This document shows, piece after piece, positions 18,280-27,357 of a stretch of 64,000 nt of DNA (the stretch's first letter is position 1; every line of letters starts with the position of its first letter). Where the stretch lies: contig CAYYLD010000002.1 in NCBI GenBank assembly GCA_964472495.1, positions 27,949 to 91,948 on the forward strand. Direction: 5' to 3'. The stretch comes from an uncultured Candidatus Saccharibacteria bacterium (GTDB lineage: Bacteria > Patescibacteriota > Minisyncoccia > Portnoybacterales > UBA2143). The notes below the pieces were generated by a model, which saw only the letters and a program-made list of their open reading frames with translations, searched no databases and was not told the origin of the DNA. A program made the translations under genes and the position numbers.

Positions 18280-19533
18280 ATGATTCTTATCCTGCCCCTT
18301 ATCAGCCAGGGCGGTTTAATTGATGACCTTAATGAGCAGATTAGCCAGGCCGAGCAAAAAAGGGCTGAATTGGAAAAGCAGGCCGAAGAATATCAGCAAG
18401 TCATCAATCAAAAGAAGGGAGAGATTAAAACCTTAAATAACCAGATAGCTATTTTCAACGCCCAGATAAACAAACTCCAGATAGAAATTAATATTACCGA
18501 AGATGATGTTGACCAGACCAAATTAGAAATTGTCCAGTTGGAGTATGGCATTGACCAAGCCGAAGAGGATATTCTGGAGCAAAGAGATAATTTAGCCAAA
18601 ATTATTCAGACCATCGCCGAATACGACCAGACCAGTCAAATAGAAATAATTCTGGCCAGCGAAGATTTTTCTGATTTTTTTAATCAAATAGCTTATTTAG
18701 ATAATCTCCAAAACGGCGTTCAGGAGAAAGTAGGACAGTTGAGAAACCTTAAAGAAAGATTAGGGCAGGATAAGGAAAGTAAAGAGGCCAAAAAGGAACA
18801 CTTAGAAACTCTCAAAACTCAATTAACCAATCAGCAGTGGTCTTTAGCCAGCCAGAGAAAGTCCAAAGAAGCTCTTTTGAACTATACCCGCGGCGAAGAA
18901 AGCGAGTATCAGGAAATGCTGGCTCATGTAGAAGCCCAAAAGAAGTCGTTACTAGGCGACCTTAACCGCTTGCGCCAGTTGAAAGCCGAGGAACTGGCTA
19001 GGTTGAAGGAGCTTCAGGAAAAGCCGCCGGCTGAGTATTGGGCATCGCTTGACTGGTATTATCAGCAGGATGACTCCCGTTGGGCTAAAACAACTATTGG
19101 TATCAGCGATTCGGAAATTGAGGATTACGGCTGCGCGGTTACCTCGGTAGCTATGGTTTTAACTTATCACGGATATAGTATTACGCCTGGCCAGTTAGCT
19201 AAAGAATCAATTTACGCTGGCGACTTAATTTACTGGCCGCAAAGATGGGGGAGCGTCAGATGCAATAATTGCCCGCCGCCTCACGCCAGTCCTTTTGACT
19301 GGTTCCGTTTGGACCGCGAATTAGGAGCCGGTTATCCGGTGATTATCTTTGTTAAGGCCAATGGCCGGGGAGGCGGCCATTATGTAGTTGTCCATCATAA
19401 GACGGCTGACGGCCGCTACGTCGTTCAAGACCCGCTTTTCGGAGCCAATATCTATTTGGACTCCACCCGGGTCTATATTTCAAATCTTTACGAAACTACG
19501 ACCAGTTTAGACCAGATGGTTATTTATCATTAA
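18280..19533 (+). CDS. Secreted coiled-coil protein with a C-terminal C39-like cysteine peptidase domain
   Basis: PcsB/EnvC-like coiled coil (DFSDFFNQIAYL), then YYQQDD..W, GCAVTSVAM, GHYVVV and QDP; start uncertain. Confidence 0.75.
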   Translation: MILILPLISQGGLIDDLNEQISQAEQKRAELEKQAEEYQQVINQKKGEIKTLNNQIAIFNAQINKLQIEINITEDDVDQTKLEIVQLEYGIDQAEEDILEQRDNLAKIIQTIAEYDQTSQIEIILASEDFSDFFNQIAYLDNLQNGVQEKVGQLRNLKERLGQDKESKEAKKEHLETLKTQLTNQQWSLASQRKSKEALLNYTRGEESEYQEMLAHVEAQKKSLLGDLNRLRQLKAEELARLKELQEKPPAEYWASLDWYYQQDDSRWAKTTIGISDSEIEDYGCAVTSVAMVLTYHGYSITPGQLAKESIYAGDLIYWPQRWGSVRCNNCPPPHASPFDWFRLDRELGAGYPVIIFVKANGRGGGHYVVVHHKTADGRYVVQDPLFGANIYLDSTRVYISNLYETTTSLDQMVIYH

Positions 19534-19545
19534 TTAAGGCCTACA

Positions 19546-19688
19546 AAAGCTTAAGAATATATCTTCCAGCTAACGCGAAAATCCCCAGCGAGGATTTTCG
19601 CTGTAGTGAGCTGCTCGCTCTTTTTGCCTCGCAAAAAACCATGCCCATTCGCAGCTCAATGCCGCTGGAAAATATATTCTTAAGCTTT
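19546..19688. repeat. Branched palindromic element (CCAGCG-loop family)
   Basis: Outer stem aaagcttaagaatatat/atatattcttaagcttt; inner stems gcgaaaatcc/ggattttcgc and gagctgc/gcagctc. Confidence 0.7.
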
Positions 19689-19697
19689 ATCATAATC

Positions 19698-20105
19698 ATG
19701 CGACATCTTATCTTAATTATTTTTATTCTCTTTTTTCCTGGTTTTGCTTTAGCCCAGAATCCGGAAGGATCGGCTAATTTAGAAAAGTTAGATAGATTTT
19801 ATGAACAGATTAATGAAAAAGCCCTCCAGCCGATGAAACAACTAAGCGACAAACTCTCGGAAAGTATGGAGAAAAGCTTAGAAAAAGTTATAGAAAAAAT
19901 TAAACAAAAGAAACATCAGAAACAAGAAGAAATAAAGGAAGAAGTTAAAAGAGAAGTCAAAGAAGGAGCTCGAGAATGGGGCCAGAGCTTGGCCATTTGG
20001 ATTGAAGACCAGCTAGCTCCCCTAAAAATTAAAGTTCAAGAGGGGAGTAGCCTGATTAGAGAAAGAGTTAATCAGATAAAAGACTGGTTAATTGGCTTAT
20101 TTTAA
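19698..20105 (+). CDS. Hypothetical secreted helical protein
   Basis: Signal peptide MRHLILIIFILFFPGFALA, then a charged coiled region; start revised. Confidence 0.7.
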   Translation: MRHLILIIFILFFPGFALAQNPEGSANLEKLDRFYEQINEKALQPMKQLSDKLSESMEKSLEKVIEKIKQKKHQKQEEIKEEVKREVKEGAREWGQSLAIWIEDQLAPLKIKVQEGSSLIRERVNQIKDWLIGLF

Positions 20106-20143
20106 AAGGAAAAATATAGACATATCTTCAGAGGAGAGGGGAT

Positions 20144-20189
20144 TTATCCACATAGACAATTTGACGGCCTGAGAGCCGTATATTAAAAT
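20144..20189 (+). promoter_or_regulatory. DnaA box plus sigma70 promoter of the xer gene
   Basis: TTATCCACA at 20144-20152; TTGACG (20161), 17 nt, TAAAAT (20184). Confidence 0.6.
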
Positions 20190-20196
20190 GGATACA

Positions 20197-20224
20197 ATGT
20201 CGCATAATAATCCTTAATACACAT
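20197..20224. other. Putative dif-like Xer recombination site
   Basis: ATGTCGCATAA-TAATCC-TTAATACACAT: 11-6-11 layout with the CGCATAA-N6-TTA core of E. coli dif; 25 bp upstream of xer. Confidence 0.55.
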
Positions 20225-20249
20225 TTAATATATTGATTTTGGCTAATCT

Positions 20250-21191
20250 ATGCAAAAAAGCTTAAAACCACTTCCCCAGCATTTAAACGATTTTTTGGAC
20301 TGGTTAGATATTGAAAAAGGTTTATCTAATAAATCTCAGGAAAACTATTCCCGCTTCCTCAAAAAATTTATTGACTGGCTAAAGGAGAATGACCTTGAGG
20401 GCTTGAAGCCCCATCAGCTCTCCCCCACTCATATCTGGAATTATCGGGTCTATCTTTCCCGTCAATCCAAAAAACCATTAAAAAAATCAACTCAAAACTA
20501 TTATTTGATTGCCTTGAGGTCCCTTTTAAACTATTTTGCCAATCGGGATATCTTATCCTTGCCAGCCGAAAAAATTAAATTAGCTAAAGATAAAGATGAT
20601 AAAAAAGTAAGCTTTCTAAGCTTGGAACAATTAGAAAAATTATTTTCAGCCCCGGATGTTTCTAAACGCAATGGTCTCCGCGACCGAGCTATTTTAGAAA
20701 GCTTATTCTCAACTGGTCTTAGAATTGCTGAATTGGTTTCACTTGACCGCGAACAAATTAATCTAAAACCGACGACTAAAGAATTAGAATTAGGCATTGT
20801 CGGTAAAGGTAATCGGCCGCGAACGGTCTATTTTTCCGAAAGAGCTGTCCATTGGCTAAATAGGTATTTAGAAAGCCGCAAAGATAAAGATAAGGCCTTA
20901 TTTATCAATTACCGAAGCAGAAAAAAATCAGAGCGTCGATTAACTGACCGCTCTATCGAAAGAATTATTAAAAGATACGCTCTCTTAGCCGGCCTGCCTA
21001 TCAACACAACTCCTCATACTTTGCGCCATTCCTTTGCTACTGACCTTTTAAGCCAAGGGGTTGACTTACGGATTATTCAGGAATTTTTAGGTCATCGTAA
21101 TATTGCCACTACTCAAGTTTATACTCATGTAACCAATCAACGTCTGCGCGACATCCATCGCCAATTCCATAGTGGCAAAAAATTAAAATGA
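20250..21191 (+). CDS. XerC/XerD-family tyrosine recombinase
   Basis: Catalytic residues R (TGLRIAEL), K (GKGNRPR), HxxR (HTLRHSFAT), H (LGH), Y (TQVYTH); N-terminal SAM-like domain. Confidence 0.95.
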   Translation: MQKSLKPLPQHLNDFLDWLDIEKGLSNKSQENYSRFLKKFIDWLKENDLEGLKPHQLSPTHIWNYRVYLSRQSKKPLKKSTQNYYLIALRSLLNYFANRDILSLPAEKIKLAKDKDDKKVSFLSLEQLEKLFSAPDVSKRNGLRDRAILESLFSTGLRIAELVSLDREQINLKPTTKELELGIVGKGNRPRTVYFSERAVHWLNRYLESRKDKDKALFINYRSRKKSERRLTDRSIERIIKRYALLAGLPINTTPHTLRHSFATDLLSQGVDLRIIQEFLGHRNIATTQVYTHVTNQRLRDIHRQFHSGKKLK

Positions 21192-21216
21192 TGCTAAAAT
21201 ATAGGATTATCCCAAT

Positions 21217-21277
21217 ATTTTCATCGTTCGCTCGGAAATAAAAATTTATTTTCATTTCTCTCGCTCACTCGAAAATA
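21217..21277. repeat. REP-like hairpin (GCTCGGAAA family)
   Basis: attttc...cgctcggaaataaaaatttattttcatttctctcgctc...gaaaat. Confidence 0.5.
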
Positions 21278-21284
21278 AGCCATT

Positions 21285-22433
21285 ATGCGCATCTCTTATT
21301 CGGCCCTGGACACTTTTTCCACTTGTCCGGCCAAGTATAAATATCAATACATTGATAAAATAGCTGTTCTTAAATCAAAAGAGTTGGTTTTCGGCACTTT
21401 GATTCATGAATGCATGCACATGTTCCACGAACCGACACGGTCAACGCCTGTTTCCGAAGATGAACTGCTCAAGTATTTCGCTGAAAAATGGGATGCTAGT
21501 GTTTACCAAAACGACCAGGAAGAATCTTTTGCCTTTCACCAAGGTGTTGCCCTGTTAAAGAAATACTATTTGCAAAATCAAGGAGCCGATTTTAATATCG
21601 TCGACTTGGAAACGCCCTTTGAGGTTCCCTTTTTAGAAAACAAGGAACTTCACCAAATTACCGGCCGGATTGACCGGATTGACAAACTGGCTGACGGCAC
21701 CTTTGAATTGATTGATTATAAAACGTCTAGGAAGATGCCTTCTCAGGAGAATGTTGATAGAAACTTCCAGCTTTCGGTCTATTATCTGGGTATTACCAAC
21801 CGCTGGCCCTCGCTCCAAAAAGAAAACAGACCGGTCAAATTATCTCTCTATTATCTCATTCATGGTGAAAAACTTTCCACTCTCCGGACTAATCAGCAAG
21901 CTCAAGAAAGCAAAGAAAAGATTTTATCTCTAATTAGTCAAATCAAAGAAAGTGATTTTCAGCCGCGGGCTAATCCGCTTTGTTCTTGGTGTCAGTATCA
22001 ACCTTATTGCCCTCTCTACAAACATAAATTTATCCAAGAACAATCCCCTGCTCCTGATGACCAGAAAATAAAAGAAGTTATTGATGAGTATTTCCAAATT
22101 AAAGATAAACAAAGTCAGGATAATCAAAGACTGAACAAATTAAAAGAAATGATTAATCAGTATCTTAACCAGAAAGGGTTGGAACGGCTCTTTGGCCGAA
22201 ACGGCCAGATTACTCGCTTGCCCCAGAAAAGATTTAGCTATAACTTTAATAAAGTGAAAGAAGTTCTGGAACCGATGGGTAAATGGAACCAGATTTTAAC
22301 CATTGACCCAGCCAAATTTAAAAAGATAATTGATTCCCTGCCTTACCAGGCCAAAAAGCAAATTGACCAAGCCAAAACCTTGGAAAGAGAATTTAAGGTC
22401 ATTTCAGCCAGCAAGAAATCGCTCGGAAAGTAA
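21285..22433 (+). CDS. PD-(D/E)XK nuclease (RecB/AddB/Cas4-like, Fe-S cysteines)
   Basis: SYSAL..F..CP, GRIDRID, IDYKT, QLSVY and CSWCQYQPYC motifs. Confidence 0.9.
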   Translation: MRISYSALDTFSTCPAKYKYQYIDKIAVLKSKELVFGTLIHECMHMFHEPTRSTPVSEDELLKYFAEKWDASVYQNDQEESFAFHQGVALLKKYYLQNQGADFNIVDLETPFEVPFLENKELHQITGRIDRIDKLADGTFELIDYKTSRKMPSQENVDRNFQLSVYYLGITNRWPSLQKENRPVKLSLYYLIHGEKLSTLRTNQQAQESKEKILSLISQIKESDFQPRANPLCSWCQYQPYCPLYKHKFIQEQSPAPDDQKIKEVIDEYFQIKDKQSQDNQRLNKLKEMINQYLNQKGLERLFGRNGQITRLPQKRFSYNFNKVKEVLEPMGKWNQILTIDPAKFKKIIDSLPYQAKKQIDQAKTLEREFKVISASKKSLGK

Positions 22434-22552
22434 TTTCAGGAGACGCAAATTTTTCTCCAGCGGAAAAATTTGCTCAGTACTCGACAAAATTTCGCCGGAG
22501 GCGAACCAAGCAATTTTGTCTCCGTATGCTCCTGAAAATTACATTTCCTCGC
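22421..22552. repeat. Branched palindromic element (CCAGCG loop, GCTCGGAAA termini)
   Basis: Stems gtaatttcaggag/ctcctgaaaattac, gcaaattttt/aaaaatttgc and gacaaaatt/aattttgtc; lies between convergent genes. Confidence 0.7.
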
Positions 22553-22560
22553 TCCTGTTT

Positions 22561-22977
22561 TTAAGGTCTATAACCTGCCGGAGTATATTTATCAAAATAA
22601 CCGCAGGGGGCATAGCCAGCCGCTTGGGCTTCCGCCTCGGAAGAAAACCAAATTTGGTTTTGGGGAGAGATTTTTTTGGCCGATGGACATTCCGGCCAGT
22701 GATATTTATTGCTGTTAACACTGCCGACGAATTTCCCCTGCTCTGTTTCTTCCTGTTCTGTTTCTCCCGCTAGCCGACTGGTTTCCAAGGATTGTTCAAT
22801 TGAAGCGGTCGGTCCTTGAATAACTATCGGCTCCTGACCAATTTGATGAGCAGTCAGACGACCGGCTCCAAAGCTGATTAAGGTGACTAAAACAATACCG
22901 ATAGTCAGGGTTATATCAGATTGATGCTCCTTGACGAAGTTTTTAAAATTGGTTAACATTATTTCATAAGGGTTCAA
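22561..22977 (-). CDS. Membrane-anchored protein with an Ada-type metal-binding C-terminal domain
   Basis: TM helix; [15 protein letters not shown]...[17 protein letters not shown]. Confidence 0.8.
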   Translation of the reverse strand: MNPYEIMLTNFKNFVKEHQSDITLTIGIVLVTLISFGAGRLTAHQIGQEPIVIQGPTASIEQSLETSRLAGETEQEETEQGKFVGSVNSNKYHWPECPSAKKISPQNQIWFSSEAEAQAAGYAPCGYFDKYTPAGYRP

Positions 22978-23017
22978 CTCTCAAGTTAACCTGATGGCTG
23001 AACTCTACAAACGAATC

Positions 23018-23293
23018 ATGTCTAAAACTAAATCGGCCGGTTCAACATCGCTCGGCCGAGATTCTCAACCAAAATATTTAGGAGTCAAATTATTCGGCGG
23101 CCAGTCAGCCCAGCCGGGCAGTATTATTGTCCGCCAAAGAGGCAGTAAATTTAGAGCTGGTAAAAACGTCCGCCGCGGTAACGATGATACCCTTTACGCT
23201 ATCGCTAAAGGGGCGGTTAAATTTATCACTAAGAAAGTTAAGCGCTTTGACGGTTCCCGTCGAGTGGTCAAGGTGGTTAATGTAGAACCTTAA
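23018..23293 (+). CDS. rpmA: 50S ribosomal protein L27
   Basis: [26 protein letters not shown] and DDTLYA motifs; start revised to 23018. Confidence 0.97.
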   Translation: MSKTKSAGSTSLGRDSQPKYLGVKLFGGQSAQPGSIIVRQRGSKFRAGKNVRRGNDDTLYAIAKGAVKFITKKVKRFDGSRRVVKVVNVEP

Positions 23294-23323
23294 TTTTTAA
23301 AAAATTTTTGAGAGGAGGCAGAA

Positions 23324-23680
23324 ATGGAGGGAGGGATTTTTATCACGGACAGAGTAAACGGTAAACTCTTCGCCGACAGAATTGTTATAAAAAGTGACGG
23401 CCGGGTAAGAAAAATAAAACTCAAGGAGTGGATAGAAGGAAAGATAGAAGTCCTCGCTAAATCTGACACATTTGACAAGCTTGTCTGCGTGGTCGTTGAA
23501 AATAAGTCTCTGAAAATTGCTTTCCGTTTAAAGGATATTAGACCGGGATTGGAAAGAAAGACAACCGGCCAGGACTTTTATTCCGGCAAATTTGTTCCTT
23601 GGGTATGTGCTCTTATTAGTTTTGGCCAAGAAACATCTCTTAAAGAAAAAATGGAAAAAGCGATTGCCGGGATTGATTAA
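23324..23680 (+). CDS. Hypothetical protein
   Basis: SD GAGGAGG; ORF followed by a hairpin at ~23706-23735. Confidence 0.65.
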   Translation: MEGGIFITDRVNGKLFADRIVIKSDGRVRKIKLKEWIEGKIEVLAKSDTFDKLVCVVVENKSLKIAFRLKDIRPGLERKTTGQDFYSGKFVPWVCALISFGQETSLKEKMEKAIAGID

Positions 23681-23733
23681 ATCCTAAACTGATTAAATCA
23701 CGAAGAAGAGATCTCTTATCAGAGACCTCTTTT

Positions 23734-25356
23734 TTATTTCATTCCTGCCTTAACAAACTCTCTAAATAGAGGGTGAGGCCGTAAGGGCCGCGATTTGAAC
23801 TCCGGATGAAATTGGGTAGCCACAAAAAACGGATGGTTTTTAAACTCAATTATCTCTACTAAATTCTTTTCCGGATTAATGCCAGCCATAATCATCCCCT
23901 TCTCCTCTAAAATATCTCTAAAATCATTATTCAATTCATAGCGATGACGATGTCGTTCCAGAACCTCCTGGCGTCTATAGGCCTGACGGGCTCGGCTGTT
24001 TTTGATCAGCCGACATCGATAAGTCCCTAAACGCATTGAACCGCCGTAACGCTTATCCTGAAGATTAATTTTTTGTTCCGGCATTATATCAATAACCGGA
24101 TATTTTGTCGTTGGATTGATTTCGGTGGTATGGGCCCCTTTTAGCCGACAAACATTTCGAGCAAACTCAACCACGGCTAATTGCATCCCATAACAAAGTC
24201 CCAGATAAGGGATTTTATTCTTCCGGCAAAATTCAATCGTTTTAATCTTACCTTCGGTCCCCCGTTCTCCATAGCCACCCGGGACAATTACCCCATCAAG
24301 TTTTTTTAACTCTTTAATTTTTTGCGGCGACCTTTCATATTCTTCTGAGTTCAGCCAGTGAATTCTTGCTTTCCTTTGATGATGCCAAGCGGCGTGTTTA
24401 ACCGCCTCAATCACCGAAATATAAGAATCAGAGAGAATAAAATTCCCCGTACTAAAATATTTACCAACAATACCGATATTAACCTGTTTGTTGGCGTTTT
24501 TAATGGTCTTAACTAAATTTTGCCAATTTCCTAAATTTTTTTTTCTTGATTTTAAGCCGAATTGGCTCAAGATTTTCTGGCCGATTTTGTCTTTCTCGAA
24601 ATTTATTGGTACCTCATAAATGATTTGGATATCCGGAGCGGAAATAACGTGGGACTGTTCCAGATTACAAAAAATAGAGATTTTCCTTTTTCTTGGTTCG
24701 TCCAGCGGATATTCCGAGCGAGCAATAATAAAATCAGGCTGAATACCGGCCGAATTGAGGGTCCGGACGGCTGATTGAGTCGGCTTGGTCTTCATTTCCC
24801 CAATCTTTTTTGGCACAGGCAGATAACTGACTAAAATAAAAAGAACATCCTGGGGATGTTCTAAATGAAGCATTCTGGCCGCCTCCAGAAACAAAACATT
24901 TTGATATTCGCCAACCGTGCCGCCGATTTCGATGAGGACAAAATCAGCTTGTTCCTTCTTGGCTACCCGGCTAATCCGCCTAATCACTTCTTCGGGGATA
25001 TGAGGAACCACCTCCACACATTTCCCCTCATAGCCTAGATTCCGTTCTCTTTGAATAACCGTCTCGTAAACTCGGCCAGTGGTTATATAATTATCAGTGT
25101 ATAAATCCTGGTTTAAAAATCTTTCGTAGTTGCCAATGTCTTGGTCTGTTTCGATGCCGTCCTCGGTAACAAAGACCTCGCCATGTTCAATCGGATTCAT
25201 TGTTCCGGCATCAACATTGATGTAGGGATCAATTTTGATGGCCGCTACCTGATACCCTTTACTTTGGAGAATTCTGCCGATAGAAGCCGTGGCAATTCCC
25301 TTGCCGATGCCTGACATTACCCCTCCCATCACAAAAATGTATCTTGTCTTCGGCAT
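23734..25356 (-). CDS. pyrG: CTP synthase
   Basis: GGVMSGIGKG, DPYINVDAGTMNP, KTKPTQ, GLCYGMQ and QFHPEF motifs. Confidence 0.98.
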   Translation of the reverse strand: MPKTRYIFVMGGVMSGIGKGIATASIGRILQSKGYQVAAIKIDPYINVDAGTMNPIEHGEVFVTEDGIETDQDIGNYERFLNQDLYTDNYITTGRVYETVIQRERNLGYEGKCVEVVPHIPEEVIRRISRVAKKEQADFVLIEIGGTVGEYQNVLFLEAARMLHLEHPQDVLFILVSYLPVPKKIGEMKTKPTQSAVRTLNSAGIQPDFIIARSEYPLDEPRKRKISIFCNLEQSHVISAPDIQIIYEVPINFEKDKIGQKILSQFGLKSRKKNLGNWQNLVKTIKNANKQVNIGIVGKYFSTGNFILSDSYISVIEAVKHAAWHHQRKARIHWLNSEEYERSPQKIKELKKLDGVIVPGGYGERGTEGKIKTIEFCRKNKIPYLGLCYGMQLAVVEFARNVCRLKGAHTTEINPTTKYPVIDIMPEQKINLQDKRYGGSMRLGTYRCRLIKNSRARQAYRRQEVLERHRHRYELNNDFRDILEEKGMIMAGINPEKNLVEIIEFKNHPFFVATQFHPEFKSRPLRPHPLFREFVKAGMK

Positions 25357-25358
25357 AG

Positions 25359-25823
25359 CTATTTTAAAGACTTATCTTTGTCCTCTTCTATGACAATAAT
25401 TTTTATCTTAGTTTCTAAATTGTGAGGAAATTCAATAGTTGCCCCATATTCGCCTATTTCCTTGATTGGCTCATCTAATTTAATCTGTTCTTTTTTTATC
25501 TCAAATCCCTGCTCTTTAATCTTTTCGGCGATTTGACTAGTGGTGACCGCCCCGAAAAGTTTACCTTCTTCAGCTACTTTGGCGGTTATTTCTAATTCCA
25601 AACCATCTATTTGACTGGCTATTTCTTGATACATCTTTAATTCTTCCTCGGCTTTTTCGGCTCCAATTTTCTTTTCTTCCTCTAATTTAACCAGTTCTGA
25701 TTTAGTCGCCAAAACAGCCAATTTATTGGGAATTAAATAATTACGGCCGTAACCATCAGCCACTTTTTTAACTTCACCTTTTCGGCCTAATTTTTCTACA
25801 TCTTTAAGAAGGATTACTTTCAT
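25359..25823 (-). CDS. rplI: 50S ribosomal protein L9
   Basis: MKVILLKDV..LG...VADGYGRNYLIP and GKLFGAVT motifs. Confidence 0.97.
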   Translation of the reverse strand: MKVILLKDVEKLGRKGEVKKVADGYGRNYLIPNKLAVLATKSELVKLEEEKKIGAEKAEEELKMYQEIASQIDGLELEITAKVAEEGKLFGAVTTSQIAEKIKEQGFEIKKEQIKLDEPIKEIGEYGATIEFPHNLETKIKIIVIEEDKDKSLK

Positions 25824-25833
25824 AATTATTTTT

Positions 25834-26109
25834 TTAATATTTTATCTCAAAATTATTAAACCGACCAGTCGCCTCCTGCCACTGAATATCTATTTTATCC
25901 ACTTTGGCTATGATAGGTCCATTATAACACCATTTGATTAATTTTTCCAAATCTTCTTGTTCCCCTTCGGCGACTACCTTGACCGTCCCATCTTCTTGAT
26001 TGCTGACCCAGCCGATTAGGCCTAACTTCTTGGCCCGCCGCCGGGTGGAGTCCCGAAAAAAGACTCCCTGCACCCGCCCGTGGATTATAAGTATTACTCG
26101 TTCTTTCAT
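25834..26109 (-). CDS. acyP: Acylphosphatase
   Basis: GRVQGVFFR and GWVSNQEDGTV motifs. Confidence 0.93.
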   Translation of the reverse strand: MKERVILIIHGRVQGVFFRDSTRRRAKKLGLIGWVSNQEDGTVKVVAEGEQEDLEKLIKWCYNGPIIAKVDKIDIQWQEATGRFNNFEIKY

Positions 26110-26110
26110 A

Positions 26111-27322
26111 TTAATTTTGTGAGGTCAAAGACAACAGATAGTCCCTGTTTTTAAAGAATTGGCTGGCCTGTTTCTGAATCAATTTTTCTGATTCTTTTTG
26201 ATTCTTAAGATGATTTTCTTTAATGGCCGAAGCCATCCGGCCGAAATAAAGAGAACGTAATAGTTTGATAGTTAAATCTTTTTCAGGTTTAACCCGATAA
26301 AGATAGAACAACTGATAGACTATTTTTGACCAGAAATCAGGACTTATCTCTAAAGATTTCTCTTTGAGAAACATCATCTCCAGAGGGCCCCTAATTTCCG
26401 AAGGCAGATATTTCTTAAGTTTTCCATAATAATTGGGAAAATCAGCCAGGGCTGTTTCTTCAATTTCTTTATAATCAATCGGCGGCAATTTTTGAAAACT
26501 AATCTTACCGCCGACTCGACAAACTAAAGGCGGTTTTTTCAAGCTTATTTCTTTCCGCCACAAATCTTTATAATTGTCTAAAAAACTAAAAAAGGTTTCA
26601 GCTACCTCCAAAAACATATTATCTAATTTAAGCAAACTGGGGTTATGAATTTTTGAACCCAAACCAACCTGTCCCAATTTAAAACCATCCTTAACTGCCT
26701 GGCTGGTCATAAAAATATCAATCCCATAACCCTTGGCTGTTGGCGGCCACTCCTGACTGAGCCAATAATTAATCATCTTTGAAGAAAAACTCATATCACC
26801 GCCGATTGGCTGACGGATATTATATCCCAAAAGTCCGTAAATTAATGGGTAAACCAAATGATTGGTAATTGAACCATCATATTTATGGCGATGATAAATC
26901 GGCGTGATAAAATCGTAGCCCTGACCAATTGGTTCTAAGAAGCACTTAATCCATTTGGCCTTGATACTTTTAATATCAGCGTCAACGGTCATCGCTCCTT
27001 CGGCGCCTAAATCTTTAACCTTTATAAATAAATTTTTAAGATTATTTCCCTTGCCTCGCTGACCGCTGGGGGTGGAAATATAGATTTTCGGATTTTTTGT
27101 TTTGGTGGCTAAAAAAACTCTACCGGTATTATCGGGAGAGTCATTATCACTATTGATGATAACCGCCTTTTGACGGTCAAAATATTTAGTCAATCCCTGA
27201 TCAACCTTCTTAGTGACTAAAGCAATATTGTCGGCTTCATTAAGCGAAGGGATACCGACAACAATTTCAGCTTTTTTTATTTTATCCGGATTATCTTCTA
27301 TCATTTTGAGACGACACTCCAA
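26111..27322 (-). CDS. GT-A glycosyltransferase, glucosyl/mannosylglycerate-synthase-like
   Basis: VGIPSLNEA, GKGNNL, VDADI, RHKYDGSITN, RQPIGGD and YGIDIFMT motifs; start may be 27304. Confidence 0.75.
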   Translation of the reverse strand: MECRLKMIEDNPDKIKKAEIVVGIPSLNEADNIALVTKKVDQGLTKYFDRQKAVIINSDNDSPDNTGRVFLATKTKNPKIYISTPSGQRGKGNNLKNLFIKVKDLGAEGAMTVDADIKSIKAKWIKCFLEPIGQGYDFITPIYHRHKYDGSITNHLVYPLIYGLLGYNIRQPIGGDMSFSSKMINYWLSQEWPPTAKGYGIDIFMTSQAVKDGFKLGQVGLGSKIHNPSLLKLDNMFLEVAETFFSFLDNYKDLWRKEISLKKPPLVCRVGGKISFQKLPPIDYKEIEETALADFPNYYGKLKKYLPSEIRGPLEMMFLKEKSLEISPDFWSKIVYQLFYLYRVKPEKDLTIKLLRSLYFGRMASAIKENHLKNQKESEKLIQKQASQFFKNRDYLLSLTSQN

Positions 27323-27357
27323 TCTTATATATCAAAAACCAGACCTGACCTAAAAGA

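Noticed and set aside
20250-21191. Tyrosine recombinase as an integron or phage integrase
   Set aside because: It has Xer-like length and motifs, no visible IntI-specific insertion before HxxR, no adjacent tRNA att site and no phage genes.
21285-22433. Cas4-like nucleases (also 56728-57483) as a CRISPR-Cas locus
   Set aside because: There is no regularly spaced repeat-spacer array and no cas1/cas2 in the window; solo PD-(D/E)XK proteins are common.
22330-22773. 147-aa + ORF and 60-aa - ORF across the palindromic element
   Set aside because: They overlap two better-supported genes and a repeat and have no recognisable motifs.
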